Assembly: GCF_965641715.1 (NCBI RefSeq)
Contig: NZ_OZ282454.1
DNA from: Escherichia coli
GTDB lineage: Bacteria; Pseudomonadota; Gammaproteobacteria; Enterobacterales; Enterobacteriaceae
Reading direction: 5' to 3' (one strand)
Length of the DNA: 64,000 nucleotides
Part shown: positions 1 through 10,338 of the stretch, piece after piece
How the letters are laid out: each line of letters starts with the position of its first letter
How positions within the stretch are numbered: position 1 is the stretch's first letter
Notes under the pieces: generated by a model
What the model was told of the DNA's origin: nothing
What the model saw: the letters and a program-made list of their open reading frames with translations, nothing else
Database searches by the model: none
Program-made: the position numbers and the translations under genes

Positions 1-198
1 AACCTGCCTGCCGTTGCTGAGGCGGAACCAGCGGGGGGCTGGCTTTTCTGTCCTGGCTGACGTGCCTGCTGCAGGTTGTGCAGGCTGCGCGGCCATGCCC
101 TGCGGATTCCAGAGTCGTTCAATTTCATCCCGGGTGGAGGCCTGCACGGCAGCGGCTGCCAGCAACAGGGTGAACAACAGTGATTTAATGAGAGACAT
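1..198 (-). CDS. trbB: TrbB periplasmic thiol:disulfide interchange protein, 5' portion only (gene runs off window start)
   Basis: minus-strand ATG at 198-196 gives MSLIKSLLF...; sits immediately downstream of traQ as in F tra operon order; recalled homology. Confidence 0.7.
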   Translation of the reverse strand, partial: MSLIKSLLFTLLLAAAAVQASTRDEIERLWNPQGMAAQPAQPAAGTSARTEKPAPRWFRLSNGRQV

Positions 199-469
199 GT
201 CTGCCCTCCTGCTGCCCTTCCATCATGGCCTGTTGCCTGGCTTCCAGTGCCTCACGCTCTTCCCGGCTGACACGGGCAATCCATGCATCCAGCACCTGGT
301 ATGCGCCGAACAGCACAAGGATGGCCGCAATCAACTCCGCCAGAAAAAAAGCCATCCAGGGTTTGCTGTAAACAAGACGGGCGACGATATGAAACCAGAC
401 ACCCAGGGAAAATACCCACATTCCCGTAATATCAAGCCGGGGTAAAGAGAATCTGCGTTTACTTATCAT
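185..469 (-). CDS. traQ: TraQ pilin chaperone
   Basis: 94 aa ORF matching recalled F TraQ (MISKRRFSLPRLDITGMWVFSLGVWFHIV...); operon position. Confidence 0.9.
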   Translation of the reverse strand: MISKRRFSLPRLDITGMWVFSLGVWFHIVARLVYSKPWMAFFLAELIAAILVLFGAYQVLDAWIARVSREEREALEARQQAMMEGQQEGRHVSH

Positions 470-587
470 GTTAAACTCCGGTTATTATTTACATGAGAGT
501 ATTTATGTCTGTAATATTCGCGTTTGTGTGATATTAATCAGATCAACCTCATTATTTTGTATGGTTTTTATTACCGTTTTATATGAC

Positions 588-935
588 TTAGCCTGTCATA
601 AGCCCCCTTATAAAAAACCACATCACTCCGGACCATACTGATGACAACATAATACAGATAAATATTCTTCTGAACCCGTCGAAGCTCGTAACGTTCGGTA
701 ATGAGCCAATAACCATTGGAACAACCATTGCTGCGCCCTGATTCATAATTGCACCACACAGAAACCAGAGACTGGCAGTCAGCACATATAAACACGCGAT
801 ATTAATAACAAGGAAAACCAGTGAGCTCAGGAGAAACATTTTCCTGTCATTACGCTCAGAAAAGAAATAACCGGCAATAATGACAAATATTAACAGAACA
901 ACACCTGTAAACATTTTCAAACAATCTTCACTCAT
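588..935 (-). CDS. trbA: TrbA inner-membrane protein
   Basis: 115 aa hydrophobic ORF, same length and position as F trbA. Confidence 0.8.
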   Translation of the reverse strand: MSEDCLKMFTGVVLLIFVIIAGYFFSERNDRKMFLLSSLVFLVINIACLYVLTASLWFLCGAIMNQGAAMVVPMVIGSLPNVTSFDGFRRIFICIMLSSVWSGVMWFFIRGLMTG

Positions 936-950
936 AAATCAAATCCGCGA

Positions 951-1694
951 TTAAAAATTGGGTTTAAAATCTTCAGAAACGTTCAGGAATTGTTTTGCCA
1001 GGTCGTCCTGCGAAATAAAACCGTATGATAACGGACGAACACTACCCTGTTTCGGGTCAACCAGCATCATGGCCGGGAAATATTTCACGCCGAGGCGCTG
1101 CGCCTGCCCCTGGTCAGTCCGGGAATCCGGCAACAGCGGATTAATCACGCCATCCACGGAAACGGGAATAACACTCAGACCATAGGTATCCCTGAAGCCA
1201 TTAATGACCTGCGCCAGCTGCCCGTCGATGGGGTCCTGCCCCCGGTAAAAGAACATGATGCCGTAGTGTTCAGCCAGTTTCGCAATGGCCTGTCGCTGCT
1301 GCGCCTGGTCTGCCGCCAGCTGGTTCCGGACCGTGCCGTTGTAATGGCTGTACTGCAGGTTATAGTCCAGTTCGGGATGCGCCAGTATGGCTTTTTTGGC
1401 GCTCATGGTGAAAAGCCCGGCCTGCTGAGTCCAGTAATTCTGCAGCCGGAAATATTTCACAAAATTATCCACGCCGGGATACAGAATAGCTTCGTACAGC
1501 GCCCGCTTTGTTGCCGTCTGCAGTGCGGCCAGTTTCTGCATAATGTCCGGCTCCTGACGGGGGGCTGCAGGTACTGGTTTATTTTCTTTTTCCTTCGGAT
1601 TTATTTTCTCGTTATACCACTGCCAGCCTGCATCTTTTCCTGACGCCGGAAAAATAAAGCAGCAGAGTAACCGTGGCAGTAATGCTTTATTCAT
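951..1694 (-). CDS. traF: TraF pilus assembly protein (thioredoxin-like)
   Basis: ORF 951-1724; start placed at internal Met (MNKALLPRLL) giving 247 aa as in F TraF. Confidence 0.88.
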   Translation of the reverse strand: MNKALLPRLLCCFIFPASGKDAGWQWYNEKINPKEKENKPVPAAPRQEPDIMQKLAALQTATKRALYEAILYPGVDNFVKYFRLQNYWTQQAGLFTMSAKKAILAHPELDYNLQYSHYNGTVRNQLAADQAQQRQAIAKLAEHYGIMFFYRGQDPIDGQLAQVINGFRDTYGLSVIPVSVDGVINPLLPDSRTDQGQAQRLGVKYFPAMMLVDPKQGSVRPLSYGFISQDDLAKQFLNVSEDFKPNF

Positions 1695-1947
1695 CTTCAT
1701 TCCTTTCATCACTTTTTCTTTCATCAGGTTTCTGCAGGTCAGTCAGGGCAGAAAAACAAAAATACAGAATAAACAGGAGCACACCGGAGTAAAAAATAAC
1801 GAAAGCAGCAGCAAGTATCTCACCTGCAGTGGTTTCTTTTACCGTATCCCACGACCAGATAATTACCGGGGAAATGACAATCGCTGTAATCAAAAGCCGG
1901 ATAAGAAAATCAATAAAACGGTTCGACGTGAATATGACTTTCATCAT
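1687..1947 (-). CDS. trbE: TrbE small membrane protein
   Basis: 86 aa ORF, hydrophobic, position between traN and traF as in F. Confidence 0.8.
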   Translation of the reverse strand: MMKVIFTSNRFIDFLIRLLITAIVISPVIIWSWDTVKETTAGEILAAAFVIFYSGVLLFILYFCFSALTDLQKPDERKSDERNEDE

Positions 1948-1970
1948 TTTCCCCGGTTATTTTCCCTACC

Positions 1971-3779
1971 TTACTGTCCTGCCTGTTTCAGCTGGTCAGC
2001 AATCTGCTCTTTCACTTTCTGCGTCAGAACACCACTGTCCGGGATTTTCTGGTTATTCATCAGGTCTTCGTAGAAGTTAGTGAAATCCAGTCTGTCGAAC
2101 TGAATTTTCTGCAGCTCATCAACCGTAATCCCCCGACAGTCAGGATGTTTCGCACTGCCAAAACTGATACGCAGCTGTCCGTTGCGCCCCTGCTGCTGGA
2201 CTATCTGCGCCAGCTTCGAATCAAACTGACAGTAACTGCGTTTTTTCTCCAGGCAGACACCCAGCACTTTCTTCGAACAGAACTCTCCGACACTGACGGT
2301 CAGTTTGTTTGATTTTGCTTTAGCCAGGGCCTTTTCATCACTGCTGCATTTGGCCAGCCCGATATCCTGTCCCCAGCCGCTGTCCTTACAGCAGTTGCTG
2401 TATCCGGCTGCAGCCTTCTTACAAAATTTCGCCTGACCGGTGAAAGCACGGACATCCACCCCGTTCAGCGCCGCAACATCCTTACCTGCTGCGGCCAGTG
2501 CCGCCAGCTGAGAAACGGCTTCGGCAAAATCATTACTCTGCCCGCTCTGAGCCTTATCACATTCGCCATCGAGACAGAAGACGTCTCCCCCACAGACCAT
2601 CACTTTCCCGGATGTTTTTGACTCACAGGAGTAGGTGGCATATTCATGCAGACAGGCACCTTCTTCGGAGTAAAAGGCGCACTGGTGTGACACCAGGGTA
2701 CAGGCAGGATTGTCGGTGTAGGTCTGACAGGTTCCCTTGTCTGCTGACTGCGTGACATACGTGTCCCGGTATGCCCAGCAGCTCTGGTACATGCTGTATG
2801 ACTGACCATCTTTCACCAGCGTCCTGTTCTCGCCAGCCTCCGTACATTCTGTTTTTGTCAGTTTCCCCAGCTCCTTGCTGAACGGGCAGCTTTCAGACCA
2901 GACAACATACGGGGTGTACGAGGCTTTTTTTACCCTGACAACCAGACGCAGCTTCATTGCCGTATGACGTCTGAATTTTGTATTCCCGACCCGGACGGGG
3001 TGAGATGACGTAAAAGCAACACCGGCAGTCAGTGTTTTCTGTACTGGTGTAAATGAGGCATCTGCTGAGTATTTGGCATTCCAGCTCAGTGGGGTTCCCA
3101 GTACTGTAATTGTCATAGGTACACTCTTCTGCAGGTAAGTACGACTCCAGCTGTAATGCGCATCGACAATTTCACCGGTAACGGGAGAGGTAATGGAGAC
3201 AACATACTGACCATTCACTTCACGTGCAGGTAGCTGACTCATTTCATACTCCAGCGTCCGGGTTTCCCATGTGGTACTCCCCTGCAGCTCCATACGGGCA
3301 GTTCGTGTGCAGTACTGCTCCACCTGTAAATCCCTCTCACAGGAGTAATTCGTGTATTCACTCCGGCTAATCTCCTGCGCACTGCACTGCTGCCCGGTGT
3401 TTCCCACAATGCTGTCAGCCCGGTTCACCACATCCCTGCCGGTCTGGATAAACGGTGCATCCGGTGAAAGAATGTCTTTCGGCTTGTTCATGAATGACTC
3501 TGTGATGGTTTTTCCGGTTTCACCGGTCGCCCATTCCGTGGTGCCGTCATTTTTCAGGCCACCATCCCCGCCGGCAGTCACGCCACCGTAATATTTTGTC
3601 TCGTCCGGATTCGCGTTATAGCCGGGGATACTCTCCTGTGGCTTAAAGCCCTGAATACTGCTGCTTCCCTGTCCTTTGATCTGGTGAGCAAAATCAGAGC
3701 CGGCCCGGTAATCACTGTTGCTGTCAGCCTGTGCCATGCCGGCAACCAGAGCCAGTATCAGAGGTAAAATACGTTTCAT
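1971..3779 (-). CDS. traN: TraN mating-pair stabilization outer-membrane protein
   Basis: 602 aa Cys-rich ORF with signal peptide; length and position match F TraN. Confidence 0.92.
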   Translation of the reverse strand: MKRILPLILALVAGMAQADSNSDYRAGSDFAHQIKGQGSSSIQGFKPQESIPGYNANPDETKYYGGVTAGGDGGLKNDGTTEWATGETGKTITESFMNKPKDILSPDAPFIQTGRDVVNRADSIVGNTGQQCSAQEISRSEYTNYSCERDLQVEQYCTRTARMELQGSTTWETRTLEYEMSQLPAREVNGQYVVSITSPVTGEIVDAHYSWSRTYLQKSVPMTITVLGTPLSWNAKYSADASFTPVQKTLTAGVAFTSSHPVRVGNTKFRRHTAMKLRLVVRVKKASYTPYVVWSESCPFSKELGKLTKTECTEAGENRTLVKDGQSYSMYQSCWAYRDTYVTQSADKGTCQTYTDNPACTLVSHQCAFYSEEGACLHEYATYSCESKTSGKVMVCGGDVFCLDGECDKAQSGQSNDFAEAVSQLAALAAAGKDVAALNGVDVRAFTGQAKFCKKAAAGYSNCCKDSGWGQDIGLAKCSSDEKALAKAKSNKLTVSVGEFCSKKVLGVCLEKKRSYCQFDSKLAQIVQQQGRNGQLRISFGSAKHPDCRGITVDELQKIQFDRLDFTNFYEDLMNNQKIPDSGVLTQKVKEQIADQLKQAGQ

Positions 3780-4417
3780 TTCCCGGAATCTCCTTTCCCT
3801 GCCAGTAAATCATGAGCCACCTGCCGGCAGTCACCCGTGGCGGCCACTTTCTCCAGCGCCTGGCCGACCCGCAGGTTTCCCCGGATGATGTCGTATCCCT
3901 GACTGCAGAACACCACCAGTGCCGGTACACTGCGAATGCCGTACTGTGAAAACAGCGTCGGGTCGATCTGAACACCATCAGTCGCGCCGTCTTTCACCAA
4001 GGACAGCACGGCTTCAGCGGTGGTCTTCAGGTCATTGTTCACCATGCCCCGCAGTGTGGCGGGTATACCGTAGTGCCGGGTTTCGCCCAGCATTCGTTTC
4101 AGCCCCTCTTCGGGAATGGAAAACGACACAAAATACAGAGCACCCTGCCGGGGTTTCCCGTCCTGCGAAGCCTGCTGTTTACGAACCAGCTCATCCAGGA
4201 AATGGTTATCTGAACGCTGAAGGGGGTTTTCCAGCACCTGTTTCCCCGCCCAGGCTTTCAGCTGATGGTCAGGTTTTTCACGCAGTTGTCTGCTTAAATT
4301 TTCCTGCTGCTTCAGGAACTGGCGGTTTTCAGGAGTGTTCACGTTTTCTGACGCCATAACCGCCCCGTTCAGCATCATCAGCAGTGCTGCCAGAGATTTC
4401 ATACTCAGCTTCATCAT
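3776..4417 (-). CDS. trbC: TrbC pilus assembly protein
   Basis: 213 aa ORF with signal peptide; operon position. Confidence 0.88.
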   Translation of the reverse strand: MMKLSMKSLAALLMMLNGAVMASENVNTPENRQFLKQQENLSRQLREKPDHQLKAWAGKQVLENPLQRSDNHFLDELVRKQQASQDGKPRQGALYFVSFSIPEEGLKRMLGETRHYGIPATLRGMVNNDLKTTAEAVLSLVKDGATDGVQIDPTLFSQYGIRSVPALVVFCSQGYDIIRGNLRVGQALEKVAATGDCRQVAHDLLAGKGDSGK

Positions 4418-4422
4418 TCACC

Positions 4423-5415
4423 TCACAGGAAGACACAGTTACGTTTACGCCACATCAGGTAGCCGAAGTTTTTCTTTGTATTGGGCGGATTTTTCCCGGT
4501 TTCCCAGCGGGTCACACTGCGCCCGAACGGGTGGCACTGTCCGCTGTCCGGGTACATATTCACCATCTGATAACGCCAGCGTTCTTTGGGCAGGATTGGG
4601 GACGGATATTCATTACAGACGGCGTTATTTTTCCCGATGGTTTCCATAATCATGCCCTGACGGTGCAGCTTGAACGCCATGCGTTCACTGACCAGCAGGG
4701 AGGACTGCAACGGACTGGACTCATTACTCACCCAGCCATTGAACGGGTACATACTGCCCTGCGAACCGGCACACTAGAACAGAACATCGAGAGGCATATT
4801 AAAGGCGCTGGCAATGGCATCTGCTGCACAGGCCCCCTGTGCTATCGGATTGGCAAAGATGACAGCTTCCGGATTGAGAATGGTGGTCAGGCTGCTGTCC
4901 GTCCAGGTGGGGTCAATTTCAGAAAGATAAGCGATATCCAGGTCACCACCTTCCAGACAGCCCAGCGATGTGATGATGTTAAGCCAGTACGTCAGCGGGT
5001 ATTTGTACCAGTGAACGTGATAGAACGCCCCGTTCACCTGCTTCTCATCTTTTTTCGCCGTTCCCTGTGCCGTTTTACCAAAAGCCGGCAGGCTGAAGCC
5101 CAGGTTAACCATGCATCCCGGTGACCGGGTGACGTCCGTCAGCGCCATCGGCTCCCAGTAACCAATGGCCAGCCCGATACGCCTGAACAGCGGCGGCGGT
5201 GCCGGACAAATCTGAATGGGCATCGACGGGTTCGCCGTGTCGGGGACCTTACCCTGACTGACTTTGATACTGCCCAGCGAGAGCGGGAAAATACAGCTCC
5301 AGCAGATATCCGTGATCGGGTTTACAAAACGCCCCTCACAGGCAGAATCCGCAGACGCTGCAGGGACATGACCGGCGAGAAGGAATAACATCAGCAGCCA
5401 CAGGCTTCGCTTCAT
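4423..5415 (-). pseudogene. traU: traU interrupted by an in-frame amber (TAG) stop at 4774-4776
   Basis: ORFs 4774-5415 (213 aa) and 4423-4752 (109 aa) are in the same frame, separated by TAG plus 7 sense codons (CAGSQGS); combined 330 codons equals full-length F TraU. Confidence 0.8.
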
Positions 5416-6044
5416 TTTCTGCCCTCCTCTGCCGGAATAAATTCCACCTTCAGGAAGCGATCGCCGGGAACGGCGCTCACCCGTGCCGGGACCTGATCAA
5501 TGCCGAGGCGCTGGCAGAGCACACCGTTCTGGTCAAAGTAAACACGGCTGTCCAGAGACTTCTGCATCTCCGGGATACTGCCCTGCACGAGGATAATTTT
5601 GCTCTCCAGTGTGGGCGGCGTCTGGCGTTTCATCCAGGCCACCTGCGCCGGATCATCGCCATTGATGAAATACAGCGTCTGGTTAAAAGGAACATACTGC
5701 AGCGGATTCATCACTTCACCCTGACGGGCAAACACCCGCCCTTCGTTATCCCGGATATCCGCAGCCAGTCTGACGGACGGGTCAAACAACCGGCTACCGT
5801 ATTTCTCCGTGCGTCCGATACCGGGCACGGCAGGGGGCCGCAGACTGTTGCGGATCACCCGCTCCTTAAAGGCATCCATTTTCCGGCCCATCTCACCGGA
5901 CTGCTCCAGTGCCGTCAGGCGCTGCATGATCACCGTCAGCATGTCCGGCTCCTTTACCGGCCACAGATCGCCCCAGGTACCAAGATCGGCGGCGGCCACA
6001 CTCTGCCCCCATATCAGCAGGGCAATCAGCCCCCGGCATCTCAT
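5412..6044 (-). CDS. traW: TraW pilus assembly protein
   Basis: start placed at internal Met (MRCRGLIALL) for 210 aa as in F TraW; signal peptide. Confidence 0.85.
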   Translation of the reverse strand: MRCRGLIALLIWGQSVAAADLGTWGDLWPVKEPDMLTVIMQRLTALEQSGEMGRKMDAFKERVIRNSLRPPAVPGIGRTEKYGSRLFDPSVRLAADIRDNEGRVFARQGEVMNPLQYVPFNQTLYFINGDDPAQVAWMKRQTPPTLESKIILVQGSIPEMQKSLDSRVYFDQNGVLCQRLGIDQVPARVSAVPGDRFLKVEFIPAEEGRK

Positions 6045-6427
6045 GGTTCCGCCCTCATTCGCCGGGCAATATCCTGCTGGATTTCCCGGGTGATATCCGG
6101 TGCCCCCTGTACCACAGCAGGCGACACCAGAATGACCGCGTGGTGTTTCTGCTGCCACGCCTGCAGGCTGGCTTCCAGTGCCGTGTTAAAACGCGCTGAA
6201 AGGGCTTTTGACTGTGCTTCTGACAGTTGTTTCTGACTGGCGCTGTCAAAAAACGCATCCACGGTCTGTTTCATGTTGAAGGCGACAGTCACCGGTGCGT
6301 TCAGTCTGACAATGCCGTAGCTGACGGCTGCGTTCAGTAACACTATTGCCAGGCATCCCGGCACCGTCCACCACCAGTGGCTGCGTCGTTCTGCCGTGAC
6401 GTCGGCGGGTTTCTGCGTTGAACTCAT
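6041..6427 (-). CDS. trbI: TrbI pilus retraction protein
   Basis: 128 aa ORF; operon position directly after traC. Confidence 0.85.
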   Translation of the reverse strand: MSSTQKPADVTAERRSHWWWTVPGCLAIVLLNAAVSYGIVRLNAPVTVAFNMKQTVDAFFDSASQKQLSEAQSKALSARFNTALEASLQAWQQKHHAVILVSPAVVQGAPDITREIQQDIARRMRAEP

Positions 6428-9054
6428 GCCACACTCCTGTATTTCTCATGTTCTTCCAGCCAGGCTTCCAGCGAAGCCATCTCCGGCCCTGACTTCTTCC
6501 ACGCCAGCTGCCACACCGCCTCATGAATACTCAGCCCCTCTTTACGCTTCTGCTGCACAAACTCAAAATCCGGGCCGTCAGAGCTGTACATGGCGCGGCT
6601 TAACGGGTCCACAAACAGACGGTGCCAGGAGGAGTGGTTCTCCACCTGCAGCAGGAAGGAACTGAACCACTGGTCTTTGGCCGCACCAAACTTACCAATC
6701 ATGTCGCGCTGCAGTGGCAGGAACTGGTCCGGATACAGCTGGTTGTATTTCGCGAACTCCTTCGCACTCTGTTTGAGGATCATTTTGTAGGAGGAGTTAC
6801 CCCATGCCGCGCGGGCAGCACTGGAGGCCTTGTCAGAGTCAAAGTCGACGATGTTCTGTGTGATGGTGATATAGGCACCGGTATGACGGCGGGCGGTACG
6901 GTAGCCTTTCTCAATAAATTCACCGACCTTGTGATTTTTGAAGTCCAGCAGACGCCAGCCTTCATCAATAACGTTCAGTTTCTTGAGGTTACGCGGCGTG
7001 CGGTACATCCTGTTCTCGATGTAGATAATCAGGGAGAACATCACCGCAACCAGCAGTGACGGACGGTCTTCCAGTCCGCCCAGCTCCAGCACCACCATTT
7101 TTGCGTCATCCCGCAGGGACGGCTCATCAGAGTTAAAATACTGGCCGTAAGTGCCGTTGGCAGTGTACTGGTCAAGCAGCACAATCATTTCGTCCAGACG
7201 GCTGCGGATAGTCGGTGACTCGGCATACTGCTCGCTGTCACTGGCGTTTTTCAGGAAATCCACCACGTCATCAATACGTGCCCTGTTCTCTTTGGCCAGC
7301 CATGATGCCCTGACCGCCTGCAGCAGCAGACCTTCATGCACTTCATCCAGGTTACCGTTGGGGCTGGCCATCACCGACAGCTGGTCGCGGACACGCTCCG
7401 CTGACTGGTCAATATCGGTGATGTTCGCAAACGGGTTAAAGCGCAAGGTTTCACCGTCCAGATATACGCCCCCCATGTTCTCACACAGGGACTTGTAGCC
7501 ATCCCCCATGTCGAACACCACGGCAAAGCCCCCGGAGTCCAGCACGCTGCGGATAAGTGGCTGTATCAGCCCGGTTTTACCGGCCCCGGAGGTGCCACAG
7601 ACCGCCATGTTGTAGTTGGTGTTATTCATCCCCCGGAAGAAAATATCGATAAACGCCAGCTGGTTACGGTAGGTGGGTGCCAGCAGACCTGCCGGTGTCA
7701 GGGGGTTATCCGCCACTAACGGCATCAGGTTGGCAACATTAAAGCTCTCTGCGCGCTGAACCACTCCGGCCTCTTTCAGCTGTTTAAACAGCCCTTTCCC
7801 GGCCATAAAGGGCAGGCAGGTCAGGAAATTGCGCATGTGGTTAAAGCGCGGTGAAATCAGCTCAAAACCGTTTTTACGAAAGCTGTTCAGGATGTCCTGC
7901 TCCACTTCCAGCGCCGTTTCATTATTGTCCTTGCAGAATGCTGTGATGTTGAGGAAGTAGGACACCACGGAGGACTGACCGGAGCCCAGCCGCTGACGCA
8001 GTTCCCCCCACTCCTTCGCCTCTTTCTCCACGGACGGAAACCATTTGGCATAGGAGGTCTTCGACTTTTTCTCCAGGTCCATGTACTTCAGGCTGGCTTC
8101 GCTGTGGGTTTTCACCTGGTCTTCCACCACCAGAGTCAGCGTCAGGATGAACGGACAGGAGATGGATAATTCCGGGTTCAGCAGGTTGCTGTAGTTGTCG
8201 GCCATGTTCCACAGGAAGGCGATTTCCGGGTTACGGGCCAGATGGAAATTCAGGATGCGGGCCGTGCTGTTCCTGCCGTTCTCACGCAGGCCCAGCGTCA
8301 GGTAATCAGCCCGGACTTTCAGATCAAAACTGTCCTCCACACACTGATAATTCAGATCAGAATACGGGTCCAGCTGACGTCTTTTCGGGTACAGGGAGTC
8401 CGGGTTATGGTTAATCATCTCCCCGACAATATCGATAAAGGCCTGTGCATCCACCGTCTGTGTGGTGATACTGGCCCCCTGTAACGACGCCCGGATGATT
8501 TTCACCAGGTTTTCCATTTCCAGAATGTCGGCCCGGCTTTTTTTCTTCGAAGGAGAACAGTACGAGATAAACACCCGGTAATGGCGCAGGGTCAGGGGCA
8601 GATTCATCCCCTCCGGCAGCGGAAACTGTGTCGCTGCCGCTTTCATATAATAGGCCCGGGTAATGGCGTTAAACCGTTCAGCCTGTTCACCTGACCAGGA
8701 GAACTCACGCAGCCCGTATTCAATCCTGTCACCAACCAGCTGACTGGACATCAGATGGATACACAACGGAATACCGCGCGGCAGTTTGGTGCGCAGCATG
8801 TGATCGAGGGCCTCCACAATGGACTCATTCGCCCCATTGATGGGAATGGCTTCCAGCATAAAGCCCATCGTGGTGTCATTCATGAACAGACCGGATTCCT
8901 GGTTATAATCACGGTACGGCAGCAGACGGCTGAACTGCGGGAAGCTCATTTCGCCCAGAACTTCATTGGCCTTTGCGGATTCGTCAGGCAGTTTCAGTGC
9001 TGTGACGAGGGAGTTAACCGCCTGAGTGACGGCCTCAAGTGGGTTATTACTCAT
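6424..9054 (-). CDS. traC: TraC conjugative ATPase (VirB4 family)
   Basis: 876 aa ORF near-identical to recalled F TraC N-terminus (NNPLEAVTQAVNSLVTALKLPDESAKANEVLGEMSFPQFSRLLPYRDYNQESGLFMNDTTMGFMLEAIPINGANESIVEALDHMLRTKLPRGIP); Walker A GTSGAGKT. Confidence 0.96.
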   Translation of the reverse strand: MSNNPLEAVTQAVNSLVTALKLPDESAKANEVLGEMSFPQFSRLLPYRDYNQESGLFMNDTTMGFMLEAIPINGANESIVEALDHMLRTKLPRGIPLCIHLMSSQLVGDRIEYGLREFSWSGEQAERFNAITRAYYMKAAATQFPLPEGMNLPLTLRHYRVFISYCSPSKKKSRADILEMENLVKIIRASLQGASITTQTVDAQAFIDIVGEMINHNPDSLYPKRRQLDPYSDLNYQCVEDSFDLKVRADYLTLGLRENGRNSTARILNFHLARNPEIAFLWNMADNYSNLLNPELSISCPFILTLTLVVEDQVKTHSEASLKYMDLEKKSKTSYAKWFPSVEKEAKEWGELRQRLGSGQSSVVSYFLNITAFCKDNNETALEVEQDILNSFRKNGFELISPRFNHMRNFLTCLPFMAGKGLFKQLKEAGVVQRAESFNVANLMPLVADNPLTPAGLLAPTYRNQLAFIDIFFRGMNNTNYNMAVCGTSGAGKTGLIQPLIRSVLDSGGFAVVFDMGDGYKSLCENMGGVYLDGETLRFNPFANITDIDQSAERVRDQLSVMASPNGNLDEVHEGLLLQAVRASWLAKENRARIDDVVDFLKNASDSEQYAESPTIRSRLDEMIVLLDQYTANGTYGQYFNSDEPSLRDDAKMVVLELGGLEDRPSLLVAVMFSLIIYIENRMYRTPRNLKKLNVIDEGWRLLDFKNHKVGEFIEKGYRTARRHTGAYITITQNIVDFDSDKASSAARAAWGNSSYKMILKQSAKEFAKYNQLYPDQFLPLQRDMIGKFGAAKDQWFSSFLLQVENHSSWHRLFVDPLSRAMYSSDGPDFEFVQQKRKEGLSIHEAVWQLAWKKSGPEMASLEAWLEEHEKYRSVA

Positions 9055-9179
9055 ATGAGTATTCCTTAGTGCGTTTAAAAAAGGAAAATATCAGTCTGTG
9101 GCCGTGGATATATCACGCAGTGCCATTCCTGAAACCACAGCACAAATAAGAGATGGAGGCTTTTAACAGGAAACTAGGA

Positions 9180-9569
9180 TTAACGTTCCTTTACTGAATG
9201 AGCATCATTTAATGCCTGAATTTGTTTTTCGCGAATCTTATTGCGCTCATTTTCTCTTACCCGTTTCACCTCTGCCATTTCGTTTCTTTCTCTACACGCT
9301 GATGCAAGCTCTTTTGCCTTACCAAGACTTAAAGGTTCAGGCTGATAATCAGATGTGTCAGACTTAATAGCTTCCTTAAATGCTTCTGCTGCACAGGGGA
9401 TATCCTGTGTAATCTCTGTCAGTTGTTCTGGTGTTGCAGGTTGTTGCTCAAGGTAGTCATTGTAAAAAAGACCACATATCAACATAGCCATAACGCCAAC
9501 AAATATAAAAGCCAGAACAGATTCTAAATATATCGACTTCATTTCATTTTCCTTTGAAGCAGTAAGCAC
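9180..9569 (-). CDS. hypothetical membrane-anchored protein (cargo inside tra operon)
   Basis: 129 aa ORF with one N-terminal TM helix, charged C-terminus; AT-rich relative to flanking tra genes; no homolog recalled. Confidence 0.5.
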   Translation of the reverse strand: MLTASKENEMKSIYLESVLAFIFVGVMAMLICGLFYNDYLEQQPATPEQLTEITQDIPCAAEAFKEAIKSDTSDYQPEPLSLGKAKELASACRERNEMAEVKRVRENERNKIREKQIQALNDAHSVKER

Positions 9570-9785
9570 TCATTGCCCCCCATTCAGTGTATCCATCACG
9601 TTGTTCAAAGGTTTATTTGTTTTAACTTCAATACATTCCCCTGTATTTCCAAATCCCCTGCCTCCGTGTGATTCGATTGTCCGAAGAACCTGCACGCATA
9701 CGTCCGTATTTGGCATGGGTGTAATATTCCAGCTTCCGCCACCGTTAATATTTTTTATCAGCACAAGAAAAATAAAGGTATGCAT
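9570..9785 (-). CDS. hypothetical small protein (cargo inside tra operon)
   Basis: 71 aa ORF abutting 9180-9569 (stop/start adjacent); AT-rich. Confidence 0.35.
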   Translation of the reverse strand: MHTFIFLVLIKNINGGGSWNITPMPNTDVCVQVLRTIESHGGRGFGNTGECIEVKTNKPLNNVMDTLNGGQ

Positions 9786-9864
9786 TCTTTATTACCTCCG
9801 CTTGTATATTAATCACTGAATATCCCTTCAGTTAACTTATGAGGTCATAAAACACTGCAGATTC

Positions 9865-10338
9865 TCATTCGGATTTATTCCCTTCAGTAAACTTCCGAAT
9901 AGTATCCTGTTCACGCTGACGGGTGGCAGACTCCTGCATTGCATCCACTTTCTCCTGCCAGAGACGCCGGATATCCTTTTCATCCCGACCAGTCAGTTTT
10001 TTACCGGACAGCAGACGGTTAAGCAGTTCCTGTCTCGCATCCGGTACGTCTTCAGTCAGACGCATAAGCTGAACCAGGCTCTGACGGCTGAGGACCATGA
10101 GTGATTCCGGCAGGAGGGTGAAGAAGAAAATAAAAAAGCATACCGCACCACAGCAGGCAAGGACCGCAAACAGGATTTTCAGATATATACCATCAACGCC
10201 GAACGCAGCAATAATACAGGGAATCCATGCAATACACGCACAAAACGCCAGGATGTTATATATCCGGTTATGTCTGCAATATATCTGTTGATGTTCATCC
10301 AGAATAAAATCTATTTTTTCATTTTCTGATTTATGCAT
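9865..10338 (-). CDS. hypothetical two-TM membrane protein (cargo inside tra operon)
   Basis: ORF 9865-10377; likely start at internal Met (MHKSENEKIDF); Cys-rich hydrophobic hairpin then charged tail. Confidence 0.5.
   Translation of the reverse strand: MHKSENEKIDFILDEHQQIYCRHNRIYNILAFCACIAWIPCIIAAFGVDGIYLKILFAVLACCGAVCFFIFFFTLLPESLMVLSRQSLVQLMRLTEDVPDARQELLNRLLSGKKLTGRDEKDIRRLWQEKVDAMQESATRQREQDTIRKFTEGNKSE

Noticed and set aside
14-445. 143 aa plus-strand ORF at the window start
   Set aside because: Lies antisense to trbB and traQ, which have strong homology support; composition typical of a shadow ORF.
4384-5124. 246 aa plus-strand ORF
   Set aside because: Antisense to traU; no recognisable domains; shadow ORF.
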